Shown here piece after piece: positions 41,604 to 57,096 of a stretch of 64,000 nt of DNA (within the stretch, counting starts at the first letter, position 1; every line of letters starts with the position of its first letter). The translations under genes and the position numbers were made by a program. Source of the DNA: Eledone cirrhosa (lineage: Eukaryota). The stretch lies in the NCBI GenBank assembly GCA_964016885.1, contig OZ024757.1, positions 30,070,001-30,134,000 on the forward strand. Direction: 5' to 3'. The notes under the pieces were generated by a model. The model did no database searches. It had not been told where the DNA came from and was given only the letters and a program-made list of their open reading frames with translations.

Positions 41604-41886
41604 TATATATACACATATATGCACATATATGCATATATATACACATATATGCGTATATATATATATGTGTGTATGTGTATGTGTAAAAACATATATATAT
41701 GTAAAAATATATATATATATATATTTACATATATATATGTATAAATATATGTACATACATATATATATATTTATATATACATATATATATATATATACAT
41801 TCATATATATATATGTGTATGTGTGTGTGAACATATATATATATATGTACGTATATATATATATGTGTCCATATATATATATATGT

Positions 41887-41930
<44 letters not shown>

Positions 41931-41965
41931 CCATATATATATATGTCCATATATATATATATATA

Positions 41966-42051
<86 letters not shown>

Positions 42052-42054
<3 letters not shown>

Positions 42055-42728
42055 GTTATTCCGGGTTGAATCGGAGATAACCACAGTAAGTAAGGTACTC
42101 AATACATTGCAGAGTATAAAAGTTTTAATATAGATGAGATTCTACAGGACTAGAACTGTTTCATTCTTTAGAAATCATCAGGAATCTGGGTATCAAAAAA
42201 TAAGTATGGTATTTATAGGTCTCTACAAGTGGTAGGAGAGGGTGGGGAGTGGGATGGGTGTAGGTCATTGGTTGATAGAAAAGGGAATTCATTAAAAGCT
42301 AATTCTACAAAGCTATAGTTTATTTTTATTTATTTTTAGAGTAACAAAGGCAGACAGAATTCTATAAACAGGTTCAGGATGGCATGCCACTCCTTGTAAT
42401 TAAGTTTCTCTTAAGCTAACAGGTGTCTATAAGATCAGTGGTGGGTCAGTCATGGTAGATAGATTTAAAGGAAAGGGAGATTCTTTAAAAGCTAAATTCA
42501 TTAAGGTTCTACTAAGTGACAAAGGTTTAGAGAATTCTGTAGACAAATTCAAAATATTGAGTGCATATCTTACAATTATCCTCAAATTTCTCTTAAACTA
42601 TTCAACTATATGCCAAAAATCAACAGACACATTCACAAAACACACTCACTCACACACTCGCGCGCAACCATAAACACACATACACATACACATATACACA
42701 CATAAAAACACACACACACATATAAATA

Positions 42729-42766
<38 letters not shown>

Positions 42767-42892
42767 CACACATACATATATGTATGTGTATATATGTATG
42801 TATGTATGTATATGTGTATATATGTATGTATATATATGTGTATATATGTATGTATGTATGTATATGTGTATGTATGTGTGTATGTATATATA

Positions 42893-42931
<39 letters not shown>

Positions 42932-43070
42932 GTGTATGTATATATATATGTTTGTGTGTATGTGTATGTATATATATGTGTGTGTCTGTATATATATATA
43001 TATATATATATAGATGTGTGTATGTATATGTGTGTGTGTGTGTGTGTATGTATGTGTGTGTGTGAGTGTG

Positions 43071-43101
<31 letters not shown>

Positions 43102-43138
43102 GTGTGCATGTGTGTATATGTATGTGTATGTATGTATT

Positions 43139-43170
<32 letters not shown>

Positions 43171-43276
43171 TTTATATATATGTATGTGTGTGTATATGTG
43201 TGTGTATATGTATGTGTATGTATGTATATATGTGTGTATATACATATATATATGTATATATTTTTATATATATGTG

Positions 43277-43318
<42 letters not shown>

Positions 43319-43508
43319 TATATGTATGAATGGTGTATCTCTCTATATATATATATAAATATATGTATGTATGGTGTATGTGTGTGTATATATATATGTT
43401 CTGTTTTGTTCCCGTTCAATTTTTCCTTATATATGTGTATATGTGTGTGTGTGTGTATATATATGTATGTATGTGTGTGTGTGTATGTATGTGTATATAT
43501 ATATATTT

Positions 43509-43575
<67 letters not shown>

Positions 43576-44262
43576 GTGTACACATGTATATATGTGTGTA
43601 TGCATGTGTGTGTGTGTGTATATGTATGTGTGTATGTATATATATATATATATATATATAAATATATTTATATGTGTGTGTGTGATTTTATGTGTGTATA
43701 TGTGTATGTGTATGTGTGTTTATGGTTGCGCGCGAGTGTGTGAGTGAGTGTGTTTTGTGAATGTGTCTGTTGATTTTTGGCATATAGTTGAATAGTTTAA
43801 GAGAAATTTGAGGATAATTGTAAGATATGCATTCAATATTTTGAATTTGTCTAAACCTTTGTCACTTAGTAGAACCTTAATGAATTTAGCTTTTAAAGAA
43901 TCTCCCTTTCCTTTAAATCTATCTACCATGACTGACCCACCACTGATCTTATAGACACCTGTTAGCTTAAGAGAAACTTAATTACAAGGAGTGGCATGCC
44001 ATCCTGAACCTGTCTATAGAATTCTGTCTGCCTTTGTTACTCTAAAAATAAATAGAAATAAACTATAGCTTTGTAGAATTAGCTTTTAATGAATTCCCTT
44101 TTCTATCAACCAATGATCTACACCCATCCCACTCCCCACCCTCTACTACCACTTGTAGAGACCTATAAATACCATACTTATTTTTTGATACCCAGATTCC
44201 TGATGATTTCTAAAGAATGAAACAGTTCTAGTCCTGTAGAATCTCATCTATATTAAAACTTA
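42052..44262. mobile_element. Head-to-head inverted pair of PLE 3'UTR/pLTR segments (42052-42760 minus, ~43640-44262 plus) with hammerheads at 42137-42187 (-) and 44194-44244 (+); direct copy ~46520-47127 with hammerhead 47060-47110
   Basis: About 600 bp of near-perfect inverted identity; ribozyme agattc CTGATGA tttctaaagaat GAAACAG..CTGTA gaatct, same family as 21628. Confidence 0.8.
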
Positions 44263-44273
44263 TATATATATAT

Positions 44274-45317
<1,044 letters not shown>

Positions 45318-45413
45318 TTACACATATATATGTGTTCATATATATATATGTACATATATGTGATATATATACATATATATATATATACATATATATATAT
45401 GCACATATATGTG

Positions 45414-45458
<45 letters not shown>

Positions 45459-45480
45459 TATATGTGATATATATATATAC

Positions 45481-45577
<97 letters not shown>

Positions 45578-45611
45578 GTCTGTGTGTATTAATGGGTATT
45601 TGTATACATAC

Positions 45612-45687
45612 GTATTCTTCGGAACACCTCAAATCCCGCCGCAATAACCAGAACACACATAAAAACCAAAGATCCAGTTCCCTTCAT
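45612..45687 (-). CDS. Gene 2, signal-peptide exon (proximal copy): [25 protein letters not shown]
   Basis: Paralog of 25737-25812; 76 nt, donor GTATGT, TATA box upstream. Confidence 0.7.
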
Positions 45688-45894
45688 ACTGTTACTGCTC
45701 TGGTGTCACTTCGAACGATAATTTTTGACTAAATAAATCTTTCACTGCTCCTCTCTCAACCCCTTTATATATACACTCACTTGGTGCCTGCATGTGTATA
45801 TATGTATATATGTATATATATATATATATATTGTTATACTTTGGGAGTGTCATGTTTAGCAGATAAAGAATCTTGCTAAACAAATTCAGAAACG

Positions 45895-46044
<150 letters not shown>

Positions 46045-46159
46045 TTAAACCTACGTTACATATTTAAATATATAAATATGTATGAAGGGTGGTGTTTATA
46101 TTGGTTAATACATTCTTATGGGAAATTCCCAACGAAGTAGATTAACAACAAAGCTCTTT

Positions 46160-46198
46160 CAGAACACACATAAAAACCAAAGAGCCAGTTCCCGTCAT
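46160..46198 (-). pseudogene. Truncated third copy of promoter + signal exon ([13 protein letters not shown] then an early stop)
   Basis: Homology to exon 1 breaks off at 46160; no donor site. Confidence 0.6.
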
Positions 46199-46326
46199 AC
46201 TGCTCTGGTGTCACTTCGAACAATAATTTTTGACTAAATAAATCTTTCACTGCTTTTCTCTCACACCCTTTATATATTATATATACACTGACTTGGTGTC
46301 GGCGTGTGTATATTTTTATATTTATA

Positions 46327-46361
<35 letters not shown>

Positions 46362-46490
46362 GTATGTATGTGTGTGTGTGTATGTATGTGTATATATATA
46401 TATTTGTATGTGTGTATATATATATATATATATATGTGTGTACACATGTATATATGTGTGTATGTATGTGTGTGTGTATATGTATGTGTG

Positions 46491-46530
<40 letters not shown>

Positions 46531-47124
46531 TATTTATATGTGTGTGTGTGTTTTTATGTGTGTATATGTGTATGTGTATGTGTGTTTATGGTTGCGCGCG
46601 AGTGTGTGAGTGAGTGTGTTTTGTGAATGTGTCTGTTGATTTTTGGCATATAGTTGAATAGTTTAAGAGAAATTTGAGGATAATTGTAAGATATGCATTC
46701 AATATTTTGAATTTGTCTAAACCTTTGTCACTTAGTAGAACCTTAATGAATTTAGCTTTTAAAGAATCTCCCTTTCCTTTAAATCTATCTACCATGACTG
46801 ACCCACCACTGATCTTATAGACACCTGTTAGCTTAAGAGAAACTTAATTACAAGGAGTGGCATGCCATCCTGAACCTGTCTATAGAATTCTGTCTGCCTT
46901 TGTTACTCTAAAAATAAATAGAAATAAACTATAACTTTGTAGAATTAGCTTTTAATGAATTCCCTTTTCTATCAACCAATGACCTACACCCATCCCACTC
47001 CCCACCCTCTCCTACCACTTGTAGAGACCTATAAATACCATACTTATTTTTTGATACCCAGATTCCTGATGATTTCTAAAGAATGAAACAGTTCTAGTCC
47101 TGTAGAATCTCATCTACATTAAAA

Positions 47125-47178
<54 letters not shown>

Positions 47179-47215
47179 CACATATATATGTGTTCATATA
47201 TATATGTACATATAT

Positions 47216-47284
<69 letters not shown>

Positions 47285-47297
47285 GCACATATATGTG

Positions 47298-47331
<34 letters not shown>

Positions 47332-47358
47332 GCACATATATGTGATATATATATATAC

Positions 47359-47407
<49 letters not shown>

Positions 47408-47441
47408 GTCTGTGTGTATTAATGGGTATTTGTATACATAC

Positions 47442-47517
47442 GTATTCTTCGGAACACCTCAAATCCCGCCGCAATAACCAGAACACACATAAAAACCAAA
47501 GATCCAGTTCCCTTCAT
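47442..47517 (-). CDS. Gene 2, signal-peptide exon (distal duplicate, identical coding sequence)
   Basis: Identical to 45612-45687 at +1830 bp. Confidence 0.65.
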
Positions 47518-47624
47518 ACTGTTACTGCTGTGGTGTCACTTCGAACGATAATTTTTGACTAAATAAATCTTTCACTGCTCCTTTCTCAACCCCTTTATAT
47601 ATACACTCACTTGGTGCCTGCGTG

Positions 47625-47656
<32 letters not shown>

Positions 47657-47726
47657 TATATTGTTATACTTTGGGAGTGTCATGTTTAGCAGATAAAGAA
47701 TCTTGCTAAACAAATTCAGAAACGAA

Positions 47727-47760
<34 letters not shown>

Positions 47761-47763
47761 GTA

Positions 47764-47798
<35 letters not shown>

Positions 47799-48220
47799 TC
47801 AAACTTCTAATAGGGCTTAATATGTGTAGTTGATCATAGATGGGTGTATTGTTATATATATGTGTGTGTGTGTGTGCGCACATATATACATGCATATATT
47901 GTACCTTTTGATTTTTAATTTGTAATTTTAATGTTGGTAAAGGTATATTATTATAATGTATTATGTTTATTGCATTGTGTTATATATAATTCCTGCTCTA
48001 TATAACCAAATTTGTTTAGATTTAGGTTAGTTGCTTTGGACTATATTTGTAATATGGTTCTTAATGTTATCTACATCCTTAGTTATTATATATTTTTATT
48101 ATTTTTATTTTTATTTTCATTTTTATTATCATATATTTTTGTAAGACTTTAGTGTATGCACACTCCATATTCTTCAGAGTTTCCGGCTTGTATCTGCCGA
48201 TATTACTTCTTGTTGTTTTG

Positions 48221-48265
48221 ATTGCCCTGATGAGTCCTTAATAGGACGAAACATTGTCGGCTAAT
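48221..48265 (+). ncRNA. Minimal type I hammerhead in the 5' pLTR; identical copy at 53294-53338
   Basis: attgcc CTGATGA gtcc ttaata ggac GAAA cattg TC ggctaat; GUC triplet, predicted cut after 48258. Confidence 0.85.
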
Positions 48266-48488
48266 AAAAACTGTTGATGTATTAAAGGATTCTTTGTTTT
48301 ACTCTCTTAATTTTTTGGCTCTGTTTAACTGCATTGAGCTATACCTTTTACTGTCATTTCTATAATACGAAGAGGGTGTTTCACTCCAACACGCTCTAGT
48401 ATTCTAATCCTTGTAACTGCTCCCGACTGGTTGAGCTTACTCACATATATACTGGTATTTTGGCCTTTATATATATTTATCTGACAGT

Positions 48489-51031
48489 ATGCTAACAAAG
48501 AGTTACCTGCCTTTATCTCTGAAAAATATTCCCACCCCCTCTAAGAATACTTACCAAAAACTACTGATAGCTAGTGTTAACTCCTTTGTAAAAAGGATTA
48601 GATGGCGTGCATTCTACTACGATAGTAATAAGAATAGGAAGGACCCCAGGAATAGAACAAATTTTAATAACTATGGCTTCAAAACTTATAAGAGCTCACC
48701 ACACAACATACTATTAGATAGTTTTGAAAGTGACTTACTCTCTCTGGTCAAAAATGTTAGGTTTAGGCCAAATAATAGACATAGAAATTATGATAATTTC
48801 GATAAGTTCCAGTCCAGACTTAAAAATATTGTTAAGGGTTTCGGTGAGAATAAGTCCATTCTTGTCCCGGCAGATAAGACTAAGAATCTATACTCCATGG
48901 ACTATAGTACATACCGCGATTTTATTTATAAAGAGTTATATAGAAACTATAAAAAAAACTACGCTTGAGAATTTGAACCACATCAATAGTGAGGGCCTTA
49001 GAATAGTCTCTGACCTCGGACTCGATAAGTCTACCCAGCCATATTACCCTCGAGAACCGAGATTTACACTTAAGGATCATAAGGTTGATTTTATTAGTAA
49101 CCCCTCAGTTAGACTTATCTGTCCTTCTAAGTCGGATATAGCCATTATCAGTAAAAAAATCCTTGACCTTATTATACCAGATGTTAGGGATATGGTTAAT
49201 TTTAACCTATGGGGGAACACTAGGGAAGTTATAGATTGGTTCTCAGGGATTAATAGACTTGAATCTAATAAGTTTATCCAATTCGATATTGATGCCTACT
49301 ACACATCAATTTCACCCATCCTCCTCAATAAAGCCTTAATGTTAGCCATGAGAGTGTCCAGCATTACACGATCGCAAGGTGGATATTATACTAGCAGCCC
49401 CTAAAACTATTATTAAATTTGAGGACACATTTTGGACCCGTAAAAACACGCCCAATAATTTCGACGTTACAATGGGTTCGAGTGATTCGGCCCAGGTTAC
49501 TGATCTTGTTGGGTTGTTCCTCCTTAATGAACTATACGCTACCTTCCCGCACCTTATAGGCGGACTATATCGTGATGATGCATTGTTTGTAATTAACTCT
49601 AGCACCAACAATGTAGAACATAATAAGAAGAAGCTTTATAAGTTTTTTAAAAGCTACAACCTTTCCATCACGATAGATAGAAATGATAGAGCGGTTAACT
49701 TTTTAGATGTGACTTTGGACTTGGCCACTAATAGTTTTAAACCCTTCCATAAGCCTAATGAAATTCTTTCTTATGTTAGCCCCAACTCTAACCACCCTAA
49801 GTCTATGATAAACTCTATAATTAAGGGCGTATCTAATAGGATTTCCACACTATCTAAGGACATAAGAACATTTAATGAACATGCGGAGTACTACAATAAT
49901 GCCCTAGCAAATTCAGGTCACTCTAGTAAAATAAATTATAATGATAGTAACCTTAGAAAGTCCCCGCTTACTCTTAATAATAATAACATTATATCACATA
50001 ACATGGCCATGAATGGGAGTAGCAAATATAGTAACCGTAGAATTTATATAGGTGTATCTGAACCCACCCATAAGTTAACCCACCGGACTCGTAATAGCAA
50101 ATATAATACCTCTAGGAGACAAGTCGAACCCCCTGTGCGCTCACGCATCGGTGTTGGTTTTGCTGGATCTTATTCTAATAATGTTGCTCCTACTGATCCT
50201 ATCAGAGGTAGGGTCGGTAAGAATAAAAATAAAAATAGAAGGCGATTAAATACTTATTTCAACCCGCCATATAATCAGGATGTATCAACTAATATCCCTA
50301 GGTCTTTCTTCACTATCTTAGAGAAAAATTTCCCCCCTTCTCATAAATACCATGGTATTTTTAATAAAAATGTTATTAAACTCTCATTCTCTACCACCCC
50401 TAATATTAGTTCTCATTTAGCTAGCACTAATAATAGGAAAATTAGGGATGGATTCTCCTCTCTACATACTACTAGTCTGAACGGATCTGACAATGCTTTA
50501 CCACCAGAACAGTCCTTATCTAATAGAGGTCCTACGTGTAATACATCACCACTCGAGCCAACCAATAACACCCGGAAGTGCAATTGTAGAGTGAGTGCTA
50601 ACTGCCCTCTAAATGGTAACTGCCTTTCTAAGAACATTGTCTACGCTTGCGAAGTTATAACTAATTCCTCTAATAGAACGTATATAGGATCTACTTCAAA
50701 CACTTTTAAGACTAGGTTTAACTCTCATATCTCTAACTTCAAACATGTTAGGTTTAAGAATTCTACCTCTTTAGCGCATTATATCTGGGATCTTAAGGGA
50801 GCTTATATACCATATAGCCTTAACTGGCGTTTAGTAGCACGCTCTAACGACCTTTCTACACATAGTAAGTTTTGTAATCTCTGTATACTTGAGACACACT
50901 CTATTATTTTATCTAGCGTATCCTTACTTAATAGAAAGTCTGAGATATTCTCTTCTTGCCCCCACGCCATTTCTAATTCTTATTTTTATTATAAACCCAA
51001 ACGTTCTAGTAGTACAAATTGTACCCATTAG
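48489..51031 (+). pseudogene. PLE-1 RT / GIY-YIG ORF split by two frameshifts (~48955 in an A-run and ~49378)
   Basis: SLKNIP..KRIRWRA..ADKT..FIQFDIDAYYTSI..TMGSSDSAQVTDLVG..GGLYRDD..NFLDVTL..CNCR..CPLNGNCL..IVY..YIGST..FKTRFNSH..CNLCILE..LNRKSE..CPH. Confidence 0.88.
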
Positions 51032-51092
51032 CAGATATATTCCATTACTTAGTTTTTAGTTTAGGTTCTTTTGTTTGCCAACATTATTGTTA

Positions 51093-51273
51093 TTGGCAGT
51101 ATCGGTAGAGGGTCGGACGCCATGCTTTCCAGCATAGTTACGTCCCTTTACGATCTGAGTTCAAATCCCGCCGAGGTTGACTTTGCCTTTCATCCTTGCG
51201 GGGTCGATAAAATAAAGTACCAGTAATGTACTGGGTAATTGCTGGCCTTGTGCCAAAGGTAGAAACAATTATT
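51093..51273 (+). mobile_element. OK-like SINE in the PLE-1 3'UTR; second copy at 52268-52445
   Basis: Same SINE consensus as 4594. Confidence 0.85.
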
Positions 51274-53389
51274 GTTATCATCATTATTACCATTGGTTTT
51301 TGATGACTCTTCATTCTAGCTCTCATAATCATTTGGCTACTGTACCATATCTATGTTTTCACTATTACACCTTGTTAATATACATAAGATTACACGCTTT
51401 ACGCCACTTACGTTATTCTATTATTATCTTTATTTTTATTTTTATTATTAATTTCATTTTTAATTCTATTTTTATTTCTAATTTTATTCAGATTCATCTT
51501 TGGACAACCCCCCTCCCCCTCCCCCCCCCCCCCCCATGCGCACATAAACTTATTGTCAACCCCTCCAGATTGACTATGATTATATTTAAACCCCCCCCCC
51601 TCTTTTACGCTTCATTCTATTATTTATTATAGTATATCGACTATATTTTATGCCACTTCGCACCCTCCATACATTTCGTCGATTCTGTCCCTATTAGCCT
51701 ACCTTAATTCTACTTAAGTCAGTTTTTTAGATATCGTTGCGTATATGATAGTAAAAAATGTTCATTCCTTTTTGTAAACATTTGTAATGAAACATTAAAG
51801 TTTATAAACTTTAATGACTTAAACTACAGCTAATATTATACTACCTTATTGGATAGGTTTGATATTTTTAATATTAATTTATCAAATAGGGTTTTGAGTC
51901 AATTAAAATGATTGTTTTCCTTAGTGTTTACCTAATTTCTTAACCGCATGTGAGGCCTTAGTGTGTATACATTTGCTTTTGTTTTGTAATTTCCGGTTGA
52001 TTATATTTATTTATTTATTTCATTCTATATTCTATTTACTATCCACTGTCTGGCTTTGCTTACACATCCACATATGTCTGTCTACTAACCTTGTAATTAT
52101 AAGTATTATTTTATGTCAATTTATAATATAATATATTATATTGTATTGTAATATTGATCCTTATTACTTACTGTTCATTATATGTAACATTATGAAATTT
52201 AGACTTTATATATCATGTAAGATGTCTGTATATTTTGTAATATTGTAATACTGATCCTTATTACTGTTGGCAGTATCGGTAGAGGGTCGGACGCCATGCT
52301 TTCCAGCATAGTTACGTCCCTTTACGATCCGAGTTCAAATCTCGCCGAGGTTGACTTTGCCTTTCATCCTTACGGGGTCGATAAAATAAAGTACCAGTAA
52401 TGTACTGGGTAATTGCTGGCCTTGTGCCTAAATTAGAAACAATTATATGTAACATTATGATATTTAGACTTTACATATCATGTAAGATGTCTGTATATAT
52501 TTTTTTCTGTACCATCATAATTTTTACCGTACCATTATAGTGTTTTTTTGAGTATTATATAATTTATTTTTCCTCATTTACTCTGTAACCCAGTATGAAT
52601 CGATTTGTATACATTGTTTATGGTAAATGTTAGTACACTGTTTACGTATTATCATTGTATTTTATTGTGACATCTATATTGTTTCTGTAAACTAACCGGG
52701 GATTATCTATTTTATTATATTATATTGAATTATATAATTTTATTGTTTATTATTTATTATATGTGTCTCTTGTAATTATATCATATTATTGCCTCATGTA
52801 TATTGGGTAGATGTATTGTTATTATTTTCACTCTTATCATGCTTATTTTTATATTCAAACTTCTAATAGGGCTTAATATGTGTAGTTGATCATAGATGGG
52901 TGTATTGTTATATATGTGTGTGTGTGTGTGTGTGTGTGCGCGCACATATATACATGTATATATTGTACCTTTTGATTTTTAATTTGTAATTTTAATGTTG
53001 GTAAAGGTATATTATTATAATGTATTATGTTTATTGCATTGTGTTATATATAATTCCTGCTCTATATAACCAAATTTGTTTAAATTTAGGTTAGTTGCTT
53101 TGGACTATATTTGTAATATGGTTCTTAATGTTATCTACATCCTTAGTTATTCTTATTATTATATATTTTTATTATTTTTATTTTTATTTTCATTTTTATT
53201 ATCATATATTTTTGTAAGACTTTAGTGTATGCACACTCCATATTCTTCAGAGTTTCCGGCTTGTATCTGCCGATATTACTTCTTGTTGTTTTGATTGCCC
53301 TGATGAGTCCTTAATAGGACGAAACATTGTCGGCTAATAAAAACTTTTGATGTATTAAAGGATTCTTTGTTTTACTCTCTTAATATATG

Positions 53390-53525
<136 letters not shown>

Positions 53526-53538
53526 CGCGTGTGTGCGC

Positions 53539-53572
<34 letters not shown>

Positions 53573-53611
53573 ACGCGTGTGTGTGTGTGCGCGTGTGTGT
53601 ATGTGTGGGGG

Positions 53612-56600
53612 GTGTTTAAACCTATGTTACTCGTTGTTAACCCAACAATTTAAATAAAACTTTGCATATATCTTGCTCCAATACTGTTGAGCGCTTTATA
53701 TTATAACTGAAAAAATGGAATTCTTTAAGATTTCTTCCTCTTTAAAAGACATACCTCTACCTAGAAACAAAGAATTTATTAAACAATTAATAGATAAATC
53801 TGACTCTTTTATAAGGAGAATCAGGTGGCGTGCATTCCACTTTGATAAATCTAATATAAATGAAAATGTCTCGGACTTAGACAAAGTTTTCAAATCTAAA
53901 AGAAATCCACCCCCCAACAAACTTTTATTTGACTTTGAAAACGATATAATTTCTATCATACAAGGAGTCAAATTCAAGAGAAACTTCAAAGGCCAGGAAT
54001 ATCTGAAATGCATTAAGGATAATATTGAGAGCTTAGAGAAAACTGAGAAGATCTTGGTGAAATCTGACAAGACCAACAACCTCTATGGAGTGCAAAAAGA
54101 CATGTATAATGGCCTCATACTGAAAGAACTGAGGAAAAAGTACAAGGTAGCAGATAAGGCCGAGCTTGAGAAATTGAATGTTGAGGCATCTTGTATAATG
54201 CATGAGTTGGAAATTGAGAACAGAACACAACCTTTCATGCCCAGGAAACCGAAGATCAATATGAAAGATCACAAAAGTAATTTTGAAAATGACCTGCCAG
54301 TCAGATTGATTGCACCATCAAAATCGGACCTGGGTAAATTAAGCAAAAACATTCTAGACAGGGTGATACAGCAAATTAAAAACTTGAATCGTGTACCTAA
54401 CTTGAGCTTGTGGAAGGGAACTGGAGAGGTTGTTGAGTGGTTTAAAGAAATTAAATATAACAATAATAATAAGTTTATTCAACTAGATATCGCTAACTAT
54501 TATTCATCTATTACCCCTAATCTACTAGATAAGGCACTAAATTACGCATTCAAACATACAGACCTAACTAGCAATGAAATGCACATTATATTATCGGCTA
54601 GGAAAACATTGATAGAATTTAATGACCAACTATGGACCAGAGCAGATGGAGATAACAATTTCGACATTACTATGGGATCATCCGACTCAGCTCAGGTAAC
54701 TGACCTTGTGGGCCTATTTTTAATCAATTCGCTGCATAGGAAAATACCCGGTGCTACCGGAGGTTTATATAGAGATGACATGCTTTTACTTATTGAAAAT
54801 AATAACTCTGAACTAAATAGAAAAAGAAAACAAATTACACAATTTTTTAATTACTTTAATCTAAAAATAGAAATTGAGAATAACCATAGAATAGTCAATT
54901 TCCTAGATGTAACATTAAATCTCAACACATGTCTTCACTATCCATTTCACAAGTTGAATGAAAACTTAAACTATGTCAGCTTTAACTCTAACCACCCCAG
55001 ATCTGTTAAAAATACTATGGTAAACTCTGTTCGAAATCGTATCTCTAGAATCTCATCTAATAAAAAGATTTTCGACGAAAAAGCCCAGTATTACAATGAA
55101 GCGTTAGCTAGAGCAGGATATAGTGATAAAATTATGTACATAGATAATAATAGACAAACTAACCAAAATAACAACAATTTTAATTACGGCAACAACTTTA
55201 ACAACTATAATAAAAAGCATTACAATAATTCCAAAAGCCAAAAAAGAAATAGAACTAGGAATATAATATGGTTTGCCCCCTCTTTCTCACTAAACATTAA
55301 AACCCACATCGCTAAACTATTTTTTGATGCTCTTGGTGGTCGCTTCCCTAGAACACATAGGTATCACTCGGTTTTCAATAGACATACTGTAAGGTTAACC
55401 TACTCATCCACCAAGGGTTTAGCACAAGGTATTAATGGAAAAAATGGTGGGAATTTGAAACCTAGCCAAAATACCGATGATAGCATAAATAATGTCCAAG
55501 TTGGCGGATGTAACTGTGGAGATGGGTCTGAATGTCCGTTAAATAACGGTTGCTTGGTTGGAGATATAATATGCAACTGTAATGTTGAAACGGACTTGGG
55601 TTCTTTTGGCTATGTTGGTTCCGCCTCGGCAGAATTTAAACTTCGCTATGGTGGCCACGGGAGTTCTTTCACAGATCCAGGCAGGGGATCCTCAGCGTCG
55701 CTGTCGGGCCTGCTCTGGCAACTTGGGCGTGGTGGCGTTGGATATTCAACGGCTTGGAGTGTGGTCTCAAGAGGGATTCCTTTTGATTCGTCCTCTGGGA
55801 CATGTGGCCTCTGCGCGGAGGAGGTGTTCTTTATGCTGAAATCTAAAGGTTCCCTTGGTTTACGGACAGATTTGTTCGGTTGCTGCGGACATGGATTGAG
55901 CTCAACTTTTAAATATAAATGTAAATTTAAAATGTAGTATATTTAATTTGATTTGTGGTTGTTTATGAAACTCGCCGATGGGTCTTTCGATTCCTTTTTA
56001 TTTTTTGAACATTCTTCATGGGTGATTAGACTGCCCTGGAGGCTGATGCTCCAAATGTGTCGAATAAATTTTGCACTAGATAAACTTCTATATTGAGTGT
56101 GGGACCATCTCTGGATCGAATGGGTGTCCTGGACTTTTGGGGTGTTTCCTGCTGGACAGGATTTGGTGGGTAATTTTGGTTTTGTTTGCTTTTGGTTCTG
56201 ATGCTTGTGGCGAACTTGGCGGTATATTGTCGATTGGCTTTGGGGGGTTGGTCTCTGTGGTTGATTTGCGGGGCATGCTGTGTTTCATTTTTGTTTTTAT
56301 ATTTTTGGTATTTTTAATATTTTTATTTTTATTTTTGATATTTTTTTTATGTTTTTGATTTTTATTTATTTTATTTTTTTTTTTTTTTTTTTTTTTTTTG
56401 CTTTTTGTTTCTGATGTTTTTATTTTTATTGGTGTGTTGATGTCTGTTCTCTATTTGTGCTTGAGCGGTGGTCATGTGGAGTGGGGACATGAATGGTGTT
56501 GTTGAAATTAATGTGGACTCTGTGTGTATTTGTGTGTATGTGCACATATATGTGTGCTGGGGTTTTTGTGGCGCAGTGGGGGTGTTTTCGTGTGAGGTGG

Positions 56601-57029
56601 GGGTTTGCGGGGCTGATCGCGTGGGTTCACATGATGTGTATGGTGTGGGATCTGGGATGGCCTTCTAATATAGACCTATGGGTTTTGGGCTGGACATATG
56701 GTCATTGTTTTTCGCGCTTTGTTGGTGCGTGTCTCGTTCGTGAATGCTGATGTTTACATTGTGGTGCCTGTTTTGTGCGAATTGATATTTTTTGCATTGA
56801 TGATGCATGGTGTTTTGGGTCTGCCTCGTTTTTGTCTGGATGTTTTTCTTTTTCTTTTCTCTCTGTGTGACGGCTGTTTTCTCTCTTGGCCACATGTGTC
56901 TCTCTCTACATTGATGCTGGAGCTGAATGGATGAATGGGTGGATAAATGTGTCGTTGGTGCGTCGTTCGGCTGGTGCACAGCTGCCTGTTTTCTTTCTCT
57001 CTGTCTCTGTCTGTGTCTGTCTCTCTATA

Positions 57030-57096
<67 letters not shown>

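Larger units (their letters stand above)
47793..53383 (+). mobile_element. Full-length Penelope-like retroelement (Naiad-like), PLE-1, with ~520-bp direct pLTRs (47793-48311 and 52850-53383)
   Basis: Near-identical direct repeats, each with a hammerhead, flank an RT+GIY-YIG ORF; (TA)n on both sides; two SINEs in the 3'UTR. Confidence 0.9.

Noticed and set aside
50036-50060. RIYIG motif in the PLE-1 linker as a second GIY-YIG domain
   Set aside because: Lacks the upstream Tyr motif and the downstream Arg/Glu/Asn spacing; the true EN is at ~50580-50970.
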